Shown here piece after piece: positions 1 to 9,772 of a stretch of 64,000 nt of DNA. Each line of letters begins with the position of its first letter. Positions within the stretch are counted from its first letter, which is position 1. The position numbers were made by a program, and so were the translations under genes. The stretch is from an uncultured Muribaculaceae bacterium (GTDB lineage: Bacteria > Bacillota_I > Bacilli_A > RF39 > UBA660). Location: assembly GCA_964425325.1 (NCBI GenBank), contig CAYRLX010000002.1:14611-78610 (forward strand). The letters run 5' to 3'. Below the pieces are notes generated by a model that did not search any database, was not told the origin of the DNA, and saw nothing but the letters and a program-made list of their open reading frames with translations.

Positions 1-251
1 TCACAGTTTTTAAGAAGATCTTCTATTGAAATAGATTCCTCTGGCTCGTCTTCTCTAAGCTCATACTCAAAATTATCTAAAGTATGAGTCATAGGTTCAA
101 CCTTTTCAATATCAGGTATTTCGTTAATAATATCGATATTTTTATCAATTATCTCAAACTCTTCTAATACCATTTTATTTTCTTCATCGGTTAGTCCAAT
201 TAATAATTTATCAGCATATTCATCGACCATTTCCTTAGTAAATTTTCCCAT
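1..251 (-). CDS. gatC: Asp-tRNA(Asn)/Glu-tRNA(Gln) amidotransferase subunit C. N-terminal 83 codons only; the C-terminus runs past the window start.
   Basis: ATG is the reverse complement of 249-251, with a GGAGGA RBS 6 nt upstream. The translation MGKFTKEMVDEYADKLLIGLTDEEN...VEPMTHTLDNFEYELREDEPEESISIEDLLKNC carries the GatC PM..L..RED signature. Confidence 0.6.
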   Translation of the reverse strand, partial: MGKFTKEMVDEYADKLLIGLTDEENKMVLEEFEIIDKNIDIINEIPDIEKVEPMTHTLDNFEYELREDEPEESISIEDLLKNC

Positions 252-317
252 ATTCTTCCTCCTTTATTATATAAAAAAACAGGCATAGGAATTAACCTAC
301 TACCTGTATATTTTTAC

Positions 318-393
318 TGGCGCCCAATGTAGGACTCGAACCTACGACCTAACGGTTAACAGCCGTGCGCTCTACCAACTGAGCTAATTGGGC
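318..393 (-). tRNA. tRNA-Asn (anticodon GTT)
   Basis: The reverse complement is gcccaattagctcagttggtagagcgcacggctgttaaccgttaggtcgtaggttcgagtcctacattgggcgcca. It folds as a cloverleaf with anticodon loop cuGUUaa and an encoded CCA. Confidence 0.85.
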
Positions 394-401
394 AAATTAA
401 A

Positions 402-477
402 TGGCGCCTGATGTAGGGCTCGAACCTACGACCTAACGGTTAACAGCCGTGCGCTCTACCGACTGAGCTAATCAGGC
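402..477 (-). tRNA. tRNA-Asn (anticodon GTT), second tandem copy. Its acceptor stem differs from copy 1 at two base pairs.
   Basis: Same fold as copy 1, with GTT anticodon and encoded CCA. There are 8 nt between the two genes. Confidence 0.85.
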
Positions 478-484
478 ATTTTTA

Positions 485-797
485 AGTAAGTAGCCATCCT
501 TTTTAAGGACGAACTACCGCGGTGCCACCTTACTTATCATTAAATGATCACTCTATAGCTTCCAAAACGAAAGCTTATAATTTGGTAACGGATCACATGC
601 CGGCTTACCCTACTATTATTTCAAGTAAGCAACTCCGTGGTGTTATTCATATAATACTTACTTGCTAGCTCTCACCTAACCTAGCTCTCTTTAAGCAGTA
701 CCTTATATTACTTCTCCACTTCATAGTCTCTTAAATAACTAATAAATTCATGACATATATGAATATTAAAATAAACTTCATACATGCCCCTTGAACA
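485..797 (-). promoter_or_regulatory. T-box riboswitch leader. The specifier is probably Asn AAC. A terminator hairpin sits immediately 5' of the tRNA-Asn pair.
   Basis: The minus-strand T-box sequence AAGGUGGCACCGCGG is the reverse complement of 517-532, followed by a hairpin plus U-rich tail (rc of about 490-515). The stem-I region shares AAGAGAGCUAG.GUUAGGUGAGAG.CUAG with the pheS T-box. AAUAACA, an AAC codon followed by a purine, occurs in the candidate specifier region. Confidence 0.65.
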
Positions 798-803
798 CTA
801 ATA

Positions 804-832
804 AATATACCATTTATAAAAGTAAGTGTCAA
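804..832 (-). promoter_or_regulatory. Sigma-A type promoter driving the T-box leader
   Basis: On the minus strand TTGACA (rc of 827-832), a 17-nt spacer, then TATATT (rc of 804-809). Confidence 0.5.
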
Positions 833-919
833 TAGTGTTTTTCTAATTTTTAAAAAATGGACTTAATAAAAATTATTAATCAAACAATTCACAAACTTCT
901 TCAAATATTTATTTTATTT

Positions 920-1792
920 CTATTTTCGTACCTTTCTATCAAACATTTCTCTTACTTTTTTAAATTCTAATTTATTTCTAATTGAATCTTTATAACATAA
1001 ATATAGATTATATGATGAACTATTTTTAAGCCAATCATTACGTTTTCGAGACTCACTATCACTTAATAACCTATATTCATCTTCTATCGTTTCTTCATCA
1101 AAATTTTCATATGCTTTTAATAACTTATTAAAAATGCTGTCATAATATTCTTCATCTAAAAACATCTTCACAATAACATCTTTAAAAAAACTATCATGAT
1201 AATACTTTAATAAAATTTTAACTGCTCTTTTAAAATATTTAATATTATTACACTTTTCAATTTCTAGCTCACTATTTATTGAATCAATTAAATACTGTTC
1301 ATTAATAGGCATTCCTACTATCTTTTCACCGCGTTCAATATATACCCGATCATTAAATTTTCTTTTTGCACATAAAAGAACCTCTTCCAACCCAGGATAT
1401 GTATGTATCTTTATATTATAATCTTTTTCAAATTTCCTAATTTGTCCAATTATATCTTCAATAACTCTATATTGCTGATAGCTTATATGATTTGGAAGAT
1501 TAATAATAAAATGATAATCATAAGCGAACAACTTTACAGCATCATAGTCAAATCTAACACTATAATTACTATCGCCAGGTCCAATTTTTTTTATTACATA
1601 TTTCATTAACATACCATGATATGTTTCATTGCCTAAACCAACACCCAAAGCAAGTTGCTTACAAGTTATCGCTCCTGAAAGTTTATAACAAACGCCATAA
1701 GTGGTTAAATATTTATGATTTAAAACTAAATAATCATAAATATTCATATTCAATAATTTTATTTCACCATTTCTCATCATTATCAAGTCCAA
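920..1792 (-). CDS. hypothetical protein (290 aa)
   Basis: Long ORF with native codon usage. No motif recognised. Confidence 0.5.
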   Translation of the reverse strand: MDLIMMRNGEIKLLNMNIYDYLVLNHKYLTTYGVCYKLSGAITCKQLALGVGLGNETYHGMLMKYVIKKIGPGDSNYSVRFDYDAVKLFAYDYHFIINLPNHISYQQYRVIEDIIGQIRKFEKDYNIKIHTYPGLEEVLLCAKRKFNDRVYIERGEKIVGMPINEQYLIDSINSELEIEKCNNIKYFKRAVKILLKYYHDSFFKDVIVKMFLDEEYYDSIFNKLLKAYENFDEETIEDEYRLLSDSESRKRNDWLKNSSSYNLYLCYKDSIRNKLEFKKVREMFDRKVRK

Positions 1793-1892
1793 TCACTTAT
1801 AAATGTACCACAAATAATAATATATAACAATTAAAAGATATAAAATCAACTTAAAAATAACAGAATAATCTGTTATTTTTTAATAAAGTTTT

Positions 1893-2882
1893 TTATTTCA
1901 TAATCATTGCAACAATCATAATAATTAATGAACAGATAGCCAAAGCGCATAATTCTAATGGAATATATCTCTTATATTTATTATATGTATCCTCTATACT
2001 TTGCCTACACCTCATATTATTAGCATTTTTACCTATTAAAATTTCACATCTACTTGTAAATTTATTTATATCATCTTTATAAATAGATCTATGATTTTCA
2101 GCATCATAACCTGCATATTTTTTTTCAGGCACAATGTTTTGATAATATTTAGATAATAACAAACTACTGAAAAAGCCACTAAATAATGTAGATAAAACTA
2201 TACATATAATTGGAAATAATATAACACTTTCTAATAATACTTTTCTCATAGGTCCAAAAAATAAAGACAAAATAGTTAAAATAAAAGACAAAATAAACGA
2301 AAGTGCAAAGCCTGTAACAAATTCAATATTGTTTCGCTTTTTTATAATATAATCATATCTACTAGGAGCACGATTTATCTTTGTACTAATCAAATCATAT
2401 AAATCATCCATTATTCTATCTTCCTCTGATAAAGAAAAACCAATTTCTAATTTATCTTCATAGCAATACATGTTAATTTTTTGAGAATAGTGTTTCCAAT
2501 TTCTGCCTTCTTCACATTTAGAATAAGATAAACTAAAATGACAAATTATCTCTTTTATTTCATTTATTCTACTATTAAAAACAACTAAAAAGCTAGAATA
2601 ATTTTCAAATTTTATTTCAGTGTTATCAAAAAATCTAACAAAAAAATTCAAATGAGAAAACGAATCTTTAAAAGACCATTTTTGATATTTATATTCAAGC
2701 TTTTCATTTATGGCTGCTTCTTTTTTATAAACATCCATATAATTTTTTAATTTATCATTCATTCTAGAAAAAATATCAAGTAAATCATCAGCTGTTATTA
2801 TTTTATTACTAGCATCAATAGAATTATTATACATAAAACACCATCCTTTATTTTGTACAGAAAATAGTATTGGCAAATTCAA
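1893..2882 (-). CDS. Hypothetical membrane protein: soluble N-terminal part and 3-4 C-terminal TM helices
   Basis: ORF of 329 aa with hydrophobic C-terminal segments (FALSFILSFILTILSLFF, ILFPIICIVLSTLF, LCALAICSLIIMIVAMI). Overlaps the next ORF by 35 nt. Confidence 0.5.
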   Translation of the reverse strand: MNLPILFSVQNKGWCFMYNNSIDASNKIITADDLLDIFSRMNDKLKNYMDVYKKEAAINEKLEYKYQKWSFKDSFSHLNFFVRFFDNTEIKFENYSSFLVVFNSRINEIKEIICHFSLSYSKCEEGRNWKHYSQKINMYCYEDKLEIGFSLSEEDRIMDDLYDLISTKINRAPSRYDYIIKKRNNIEFVTGFALSFILSFILTILSLFFGPMRKVLLESVILFPIICIVLSTLFSGFFSSLLLSKYYQNIVPEKKYAGYDAENHRSIYKDDINKFTSRCEILIGKNANNMRCRQSIEDTYNKYKRYIPLELCALAICSLIIMIVAMIMK

Positions 2883-3981
2883 AAGAATTCATAATCTCGT
2901 TTATATTATTTTCAACATTATTCATAGCAAGTTCATTAAAATCCGACTTTCTTGAAAAAATAATTTCATAAGGTTTAAATTTAATATCAAATGAATTTCT
3001 ATGTTCAACTAAATTACTACCAGAACCTTTTTTATAATCAAGACACAAATTTATCTCTAAACTAATAACATTAGTTACATTCCCATTATTAACTGAACTA
3101 ACAAAACTTTCATAGTCTTTAAAATTCGTAGTTTTATAATTGTTATTCATATATCTAATCATACACTCAGTAGAATACATTTTACAACATTCGTAATTCT
3201 TATATTCGGGTTTAAATTGTTTGTTTCTTTCTTCTTCAGCATCACACTTATTTTTAAATTCTGTATAAACTTTAAAACAATATTCTGTAAGTCTTCTAAT
3301 ATCTTCTATTTTCGGAATTATATTAGAATAATCATAATTATTATCAATAGATGATGGAGTATTTTCATCTATTTCTTGAGTACTACTATCTTTTAACAAT
3401 TCATCACTAAAGTTATCACTAACTTTTTGAGATTTAGGTCTTAATTCTGCAATTGAAAAAATGACATTCATTAAATCAACAACATTTTTTTGATTATTAA
3501 AAGAATCTAAATCATTTACATCAATGTTATTGTCAACAAATACAGAAAATGATATAAAATTATTATTTATAATAGTAAATAATTGCAAAATTCTAAATAT
3601 ATTATTTCCGTTTGTAACTTCAACTACTGCTTGTTTAAATTCTTTAACACCACTAATCAAATTAGCAAGTAAACTTGATTCAGATAAAATTTTAATACCT
3701 GAGTTTTTCATATTTGTTATATTCATATTATATATTTTTTCAAATTCATTTTTCTGACATTTACAATCATAAACAACTTGAATTTGAGCGTTTGAATCTG
3801 TAAATATAATAAAAATTGTATTTGAAGTTGCACTTTTGTACATTTCCTCACGATTTAAAATCTTCCAGTTGTCTGGCACAAGTATAGACATACCTGAAAA
3901 ATTATCAATAAGTTCAACATAATTTGGATTATTGTTCTTTTTATTTAAAATATCACTATCTTTAACACTATTATCATACAT
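2848..3981 (-). CDS. hypothetical protein (377 aa)
   Basis: Long ORF, translationally coupled to 1893..2882. Confidence 0.5.
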   Translation of the reverse strand: MYDNSVKDSDILNKKNNNPNYVELIDNFSGMSILVPDNWKILNREEMYKSATSNTIFIIFTDSNAQIQVVYDCKCQKNEFEKIYNMNITNMKNSGIKILSESSLLANLISGVKEFKQAVVEVTNGNNIFRILQLFTIINNNFISFSVFVDNNIDVNDLDSFNNQKNVVDLMNVIFSIAELRPKSQKVSDNFSDELLKDSSTQEIDENTPSSIDNNYDYSNIIPKIEDIRRLTEYCFKVYTEFKNKCDAEEERNKQFKPEYKNYECCKMYSTECMIRYMNNNYKTTNFKDYESFVSSVNNGNVTNVISLEINLCLDYKKGSGSNLVEHRNSFDIKFKPYEIIFSRKSDFNELAMNNVENNINEIMNSFEFANTIFCTK

Positions 3982-4147
3982 TTTTATCCACCCTCTACTT
4001 TATTATAATGCCATCTAAATTGCATACATAAACATTTGGTAATATTTCTTTTATCTCATCTAATATTTTAGCATCACTTTCATATCTTCTTCCAACTAAA
4101 ACACCTTCAATAAAATTACTTGGAATACCATATAAAACCGCACTTTC

Positions 4148-4837
4148 TCAATCAGTAAAAAAGTCATCCTTATTTTTCCTATCAACTATAAATTTATCAT
4201 AGTATTTTTCATTGACAAATGGTTTAACATCCTCATCAGAAACATTACTAATATTTAAAATATCACCTTTCAATAAATTTTTAATATATTTATTATTACC
4301 ATTAAATATAACTGCTATTTGGACATCATCCTGAACTAAACTTGGCATAAATCTAGCTTCTTTTGTTTGCTCTAAATACCATCTAAAACAATCTTTATCA
4401 TCAACAAGTTCTTTCATAATATTATCCATTTTATCAAATGGAATAACTCTAGTCTTTTCTTTTGACCTATCATTATTCATAATATATAAAGTTCCACCAC
4501 TATAAAAATTAATATAATCATTCAAATAATAATCTTTCTTTAAATTCCACACACCTACACAAGATGGGTATTTTGAATGCCTTCCATCTATAAAATCACT
4601 TGATATTAGACCATTTTTTACTATTTCTTTAAATCCTTCAATATTTTTATAAGTCCCATGAATAAGTGTTCCCTTAGGCAGTAATACCTTATCTCCAATT
4701 TTATATTTCTTATATTCTATTTTTCCGTTTTCCAAAGCATCAAAATATCTATCAATTTGTCTTTTTATAATCTTGTTGGAATTATTTTTAAATAGTTCAT
4801 CAGCTTTATTACTAATAATATCCTTGTTATTTTTCAT
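4148..4837 (-). CDS. Hypothetical protein. Weak resemblance to H-Y-E type ADP-ribosyltransferase active-site context (LIHGTYKNIEGFKEIVKNG compared with the diphtheria-toxin YHGTKPGYVDSIQKG).
   Basis: 229-aa ORF. Its start overlaps the HIT-family gene by 11 nt. The motif resemblance is inference only. Confidence 0.45.
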   Translation of the reverse strand: MKNNKDIISNKADELFKNNSNKIIKRQIDRYFDALENGKIEYKKYKIGDKVLLPKGTLIHGTYKNIEGFKEIVKNGLISSDFIDGRHSKYPSCVGVWNLKKDYYLNDYINFYSGGTLYIMNNDRSKEKTRVIPFDKMDNIMKELVDDKDCFRWYLEQTKEARFMPSLVQDDVQIAVIFNGNNKYIKNLLKGDILNISNVSDEDVKPFVNEKYYDKFIVDRKNKDDFFTD

Positions 4838-5264
4838 AGTTAAATTCCTCTTTCATCATTTCAAATATTTTTTCTCGCTCTTCATGTGTAAATATATCTC
4901 TTTGTCTTTTAAATTTACTTAAAGACCATTTCCAAAAATTGTATCCAAAGTGCTTATCTTTATATAGTTTATCAAATAGTTTAATTGAATTTTTATATCT
5001 TGGTATAAAATGAAAATGAACATGTGGTTTTATATTATCTCTGTAAGCGTTATTCATTAAACATGCAAAATTAAACATAGTTGCTCCAAATATCTTTTTG
5101 CACACTCTTTCTAATTCTTTTTCTAACTTTCCTAGTTCAACCCATTCATCATTACTTAATTCACTTAAGCTTTCTTTATTACAAGATATTATACAGTCTC
5201 CAACGAATTCTTGACACCAATCAACAAACACAACTTCCCAACTATCTCCATTATATAATTTCAT
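4827..5264 (-). CDS. HIT (histidine triad) family nucleotide hydrolase
   Basis: The histidine triad HVHFHFIP (HxHxHxx) is present in a 145-aa ORF. Confidence 0.7.
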   Translation of the reverse strand: MKLYNGDSWEVVFVDWCQEFVGDCIISCNKESLSELSNDEWVELGKLEKELERVCKKIFGATMFNFACLMNNAYRDNIKPHVHFHFIPRYKNSIKLFDKLYKDKHFGYNFWKWSLSKFKRQRDIFTHEEREKIFEMMKEEFNYEK

Positions 5265-5276
5265 AATACAAAACTC

Positions 5277-5864
5277 CTAATTTTTAATATTTTTAATATC
5301 AATTAATTCATTATCATCAAAAACTAATTTAAATACTTCCGGCGCATTCCAAATAAAATTATCATCAATTATAGATTTCCCATTAAATTGAATATTCATA
5401 GTTCCTTTTTTATAATTAAACATTTTCATAAAAAGATATGTAATAGCAGTTCCATGAGAGACTATCGCAATTCTCTTGCCATGATATTCATTTAATATTT
5501 TAAATAAAGAATTATACATCCTATCAGCAGTCTCTTTTCTAGACTCTCCATTTGGCATCTTATAGTTCTCATCTTCAAGTTGTCTTTGAGTAAAATTTTT
5601 AGGTTTTTCATCCCAGCTATTAATACCAAATTTTCTTTCTCCAAAATCTTCTATTATATTTATATCTATTTTATTTTGGTGTGCTAAATACTTTGCCGTT
5701 GAAATAGCTCTTACATAATTACTAGAAATAACTAGATCTATATTTTGCATCTCACCTATCAAGCTTAATTTTTTTGCTTTTTCTTCACCATCGACTGATA
5801 ATGGATTCTTTTCATTTTCTATTTGTAATTCATCAGAATTATTTATATTTATTTTATTGTTCAT
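5277..5864 (-). CDS. histidine phosphatase (phosphoglycerate-mutase-like) family protein
   Basis: Conserved VSHGTAI segment and overall SixA/PGM-like layout. The canonical N-terminal RHG is not obvious. Confidence 0.5.
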   Translation of the reverse strand: MNNKININNSDELQIENEKNPLSVDGEEKAKKLSLIGEMQNIDLVISSNYVRAISTAKYLAHQNKIDINIIEDFGERKFGINSWDEKPKNFTQRQLEDENYKMPNGESRKETADRMYNSLFKILNEYHGKRIAIVSHGTAITYLFMKMFNYKKGTMNIQFNGKSIIDDNFIWNAPEVFKLVFDDNELIDIKNIKN

Positions 5865-5924
5865 CGGTTCAGAGTGCCTAATTAAATAGATAATTGTCTT
5901 AATAAATCTTCACGTCCATTTCTA

Positions 5925-7478
5925 TTATAAATGTCTTCCGGATATTTCAGGATTTTCTTCTGTATACTTATCAAATTCAGAATATAGTCTTTCTATCATT
6001 TCTTTTTTCTGCTCTTCACTATATTGTTTTGAACTAAGTATTCTTCTTTCTTCAGCCTCAAATTCATCTAAATCATCATCAATTTCCTTACTTGTTTTTT
6101 CATTATCATCAACTAATCTGTGAGAAGCACTTGATTCCTCATATTCTTTTTTTGCAGCTTCATAATCTGCCCTTTGCTTAGCGGAAGCTTCTACATTATT
6201 AGTTTCATCAACATCTTTTGTTTGAACTAAAACCGATTCTTTTATCTTATCAGGAGATACTCCTTTTCTATAATCATCAACCATAATTCGAACTTTTTTT
6301 AAATACGTCATTATTAAGTCTAAATCAACATTTGTCTCCTTCATTTTTTCTTCAATCATACCTAAATAATAAGAAAATGTCGAATTGTTTAACAATTCTG
6401 GATTATCGATTTTTATTTGTTCAATATTGGCTTGCAAACTAATCAATTCTTCATCTCTTCCATCACGTTCTTGTGTTTGACTATTATCCGGTACTTGAGA
6501 ATTTAATTCAGAATAAGCATCAGAATCATCCCTAGATTTTAATCTCATATTTCTAAAATTATTATGTATTTTTTGCAAGTTGTTAATACTTTGTTTAACT
6601 GCTTTTCTTGTCTCAAATATTTCATCAAATTTTGACATTTCTTTCAAATATATTGACCTTATAAAAACTAAACTGTCAGCATGTTGCAAAGCTTCTTCCC
6701 TGCTTTTTCCTGCCTTAATATACATTTCTTGAACTTGGATTTTTTTTAGTTCATGCATAAGTCGAAGTTTATCTTCCAAAGAATTTGATTCTACTGCCTT
6801 TCTATACTCTTCAAGTAGTTTTTCATATTCAGTCTCAAGTTGTTTTAAAACTTCATGGTTTTGCATTGAAAAATCAATTTCCTGATCTTTTATTGACTTA
6901 TACCTTGATTTTATTTTTTTAGCCATATCTTCCATTATTTCATCATATCTTCTTATATTATCATCAGTTACAGTTAAATGGTCATTACTTTTTCCTTCAA
7001 TCTCTTTAGCTACAGATAACGGAAAGCCAGTGTTTACATCATCTAAAACACGCATATAAAATAGTATTTGTGCATATACTTCTTTCTTTTTAAGTAAATC
7101 ATTCAAAACGTATGCATCATAATATTTCCAAAATAATTTGCCTATTTCTTCATCCACTTTTTTTAAGTCATCTTTATTAACTGTTTTTGTTTTTTTAGCC
7201 CATTTTTTATATGTATCTCCTAAAGAATCAGCAAAAGATTGATTATTATCTTGTGATGGATATGCAGCATATATTCCTTCATCGTATTCCTTACCTAATC
7301 CCTCCATACCATATCTACCAAATTCAAATAACTCTGAAGATTTTCTTTTTCTTCTCTCCGCTTCTCTCACTCTATCAAGTTCTTGCCCTCTTCTATAATC
7401 ATCTAAATAACTATCTCTTGTTTCGCTTCTACTGCTAATACCTTCCAATGATTTTCTGCTTCCAAATTCTAAAGACAT
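5925..7478 (-). CDS. hypothetical highly charged coiled-coil protein (517 aa)
   Basis: Long ORF rich in E/K/R/D heptad-like segments. Confidence 0.5.
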   Translation of the reverse strand: MSLEFGSRKSLEGISSRSETRDSYLDDYRRGQELDRVREAERRKRKSSELFEFGRYGMEGLGKEYDEGIYAAYPSQDNNQSFADSLGDTYKKWAKKTKTVNKDDLKKVDEEIGKLFWKYYDAYVLNDLLKKKEVYAQILFYMRVLDDVNTGFPLSVAKEIEGKSNDHLTVTDDNIRRYDEIMEDMAKKIKSRYKSIKDQEIDFSMQNHEVLKQLETEYEKLLEEYRKAVESNSLEDKLRLMHELKKIQVQEMYIKAGKSREEALQHADSLVFIRSIYLKEMSKFDEIFETRKAVKQSINNLQKIHNNFRNMRLKSRDDSDAYSELNSQVPDNSQTQERDGRDEELISLQANIEQIKIDNPELLNNSTFSYYLGMIEEKMKETNVDLDLIMTYLKKVRIMVDDYRKGVSPDKIKESVLVQTKDVDETNNVEASAKQRADYEAAKKEYEESSASHRLVDDNEKTSKEIDDDLDEFEAEERRILSSKQYSEEQKKEMIERLYSEFDKYTEENPEISGRHL

Positions 7479-7823
7479 ATCATTTACCTCCTATTATTTA
7501 TTAAATAATTTAATAAATCACTTACTCCATATTCTAAAATATGCATACAAATATATCCTCTACAACTTTCTTTTTTATCACTAGTAGATAACTTCGCATA
7601 TACATCCATATATTTATCTATTATTTTTCGTAAACTATCATCCAAATAACCATGATATTTTCTATGAAAATTATAACATTTTAAGTCTTGTTATTCAATA
7701 AAAATAAAAACATAACTATTTATAATTAACATTAATAAAAAGACATATTTTGATTATATTATCGAATAATAAAATCAAATTTATATGTCTCATTTATTCA
7801 ACATAGATATACCAAGTATTATA

Positions 7824-9695
7824 TTAATAAGCTACATTATTTCGTAATTCATAATCAGATAATATCAAATAGTATTTTATAAACAATGTAAGATAGTCAT
7901 TATTATTTTGAATTTCATTGAAGAAATCATCATATATTTTATTATGTGAAAGTTTAGCATTATTTAGCATATATAATAATTCTTTTTGCTTTTGATCAAT
8001 TATTTTCTTTGATGTTATATCAGAAAGTTCAAAATCTTCAAGCATTTCACTAATTACTTGTTTTTCTCGTTTATTATTATCTATTTTATTAATTAATTCT
8101 TCTGAATATGCACGTAAGCAATCATCAACAGCATAATAAATCGAATCATTATAAATTGATTTTAAAACGTTCTTTAAAAATACAGTCTTATTACTATCAC
8201 CATCTGTAATAAAATCAATTAAATCATTAACTTCATTATCGGCATATTCACTACTCTGCTTGTCAGGCGTTTGATTGTTAGTTTCTTTTGACATATCTTC
8301 TATTATCTTTTCTTTATTAATGTCGTCCGATTCCCCATTTTCAATTTTTCTTACTGTTTCATCAATTACATTTTCGAGTTTTCTAATATCTATTTTTTTA
8401 CTAGTATTTTTATTTTCAAACTTTGGAATTTTAATATCAATTTTACCACTCAATATATCAGTTTCACCTGGTTTGGTATTGGCTTTCATCTTATCAACTA
8501 AACCTGGTTTCACAGAATTTATTAAGTTTTCCATTTTTTCTTTACGTTTATCATCTACATATCCTTTTAAGTCAAATGTCTTAATTTCATTTATTTTTGT
8601 AATCGGATATTGTATATTTGATTTATTAATTGTTACTTTTTTTAAATCGTTTTTAATTTTTGTAGGAATGAAGAATGAATTTTCTAATTCTATTTCATCT
8701 TCTCTAATTTTTATAATATCGCTTATTTCCCTAGCTTTTATATTGTATTTACGTTCTAGCTTTTCTACTGAATGCGTACCGATGTAGTATCTACCGTGAT
8801 AATACACATCATCCCTTAAGTATGTATCAAAACGTAATAAGTTTTCAATATCATCAATATTATCAAGCATTATATGACATTTAATTGTAGACATAGTAAC
8901 TTCTAAATATTGCATAATCTGATTGAAAAACATTTCTGATATTAAATTACCATTTTTGCTATCCGGATTTCCTATTACAAAAATTGCCATCTTTTTTTTA
9001 GCTAAATCATTAAAATTAAAGGTTGACTTATTTAATAAATTACTTATTTGAAAGTTCGCAATTAATTTGGCAAGTGAATTTTTAACGGTAGATATAATAC
9101 TTTCTCTAGTTTCAGCTGGTGCAACTATCGTTGATGCAGCATTAAGCCAAATAGCAGACATTGGATCCTTTGTTTTAAAGTATTCATCTATATATTTTCT
9201 TGTCGCACTTGCGTGTTCTTCTCCCACTGTGATAAACTCATAAATACTATTTAAATTTATTACATTCTCATCACCATCTTCAAACAGTGCTAAGGAAATT
9301 GCTGTAAACAAGTCTGAAGAAGAAGAACGATTCAAAAACGAATTCATTTCTTTTTTTTCAGAACAAAGTATGCGTCCCAAGTAATCTAACATCTCCTCTG
9401 CTATATCTTTCATATCATTTTTAAAATAATAATATGGTAACTCTAATGGATTCCAACCATCAGAATTATTTAAATTCCTTAAATTAATAATATTAATCTG
9501 ATAACCTTTATTTATGAGTTTGTCATAATAATTGCTTAGATACTCAATTTTTGTATCATAAACTATAACATTTTCATTTTTTTCAATAATTTTATCAAAT
9601 AATGGAAATAATACGTTTGTAGTTTTTCCTGAAATGGTATCTCCTGTAACTACAACATTTCTCATAGGACTAATTTTTTCTAATAATTCTTTCAT
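7824..9695 (-). CDS. P-loop ATPase resembling TraG/VirD4-type type IV coupling proteins. Soluble; no N-terminal TM helix.
   Basis: Walker A GDTISGKTT, followed by ...VIVYDTKIEYL...GYQINIINLRN..SDGWNPLE, which matches the T4CP V.DpKGE / NPL motif order. Walker-B-like IMLDNIDD. Confidence 0.45.
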   Translation of the reverse strand: MKELLEKISPMRNVVVTGDTISGKTTNVLFPLFDKIIEKNENVIVYDTKIEYLSNYYDKLINKGYQINIINLRNLNNSDGWNPLELPYYYFKNDMKDIAEEMLDYLGRILCSEKKEMNSFLNRSSSSDLFTAISLALFEDGDENVINLNSIYEFITVGEEHASATRKYIDEYFKTKDPMSAIWLNAASTIVAPAETRESIISTVKNSLAKLIANFQISNLLNKSTFNFNDLAKKKMAIFVIGNPDSKNGNLISEMFFNQIMQYLEVTMSTIKCHIMLDNIDDIENLLRFDTYLRDDVYYHGRYYIGTHSVEKLERKYNIKAREISDIIKIREDEIELENSFFIPTKIKNDLKKVTINKSNIQYPITKINEIKTFDLKGYVDDKRKEKMENLINSVKPGLVDKMKANTKPGETDILSGKIDIKIPKFENKNTSKKIDIRKLENVIDETVRKIENGESDDINKEKIIEDMSKETNNQTPDKQSSEYADNEVNDLIDFITDGDSNKTVFLKNVLKSIYNDSIYYAVDDCLRAYSEELINKIDNNKREKQVISEMLEDFELSDITSKKIIDQKQKELLYMLNNAKLSHNKIYDDFFNEIQNNNDYLTLFIKYYLILSDYELRNNVAY

Positions 9696-9772
9696 AATTT
9701 TCTCCTACTTTCTATTGCAATTATATCATTTACACTAATTGATTTCAAACAATGACAATCATACTTTACATA

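Noticed and set aside
480-720. GC-richer structured segment next to tRNAs that initially looked like a 5S rRNA or other stable RNA gene
   Set aside because: It lacks 5S conserved blocks. It contains the T-box consensus AAGGUGGCACCGCGG plus a terminator, and is better explained as a T-box leader.
8275-8787. 170-aa plus-strand ORF with S/F/L-rich low-complexity translation
   Set aside because: It is antisense to and fully inside the T4CP-like gene. AT-rich antisense frames give such ORFs by chance. The same applies to 1403..1609, 1621..1827, 3524..3757, 5081..5266, 7211..7438, 12225..12476, 13420..13825, 29148..29447, 34209..34716, 35767..35955, 36844..37080, 37327..37572, 38133..38318, 40495..40701, 41875..42057, 42278..42950, 45551..45760, 47075..47290, 56183..56440, 57102..57617, 57857..58183, 59822..60103, 61326..61511, 62825..63052 and 63342..63593.
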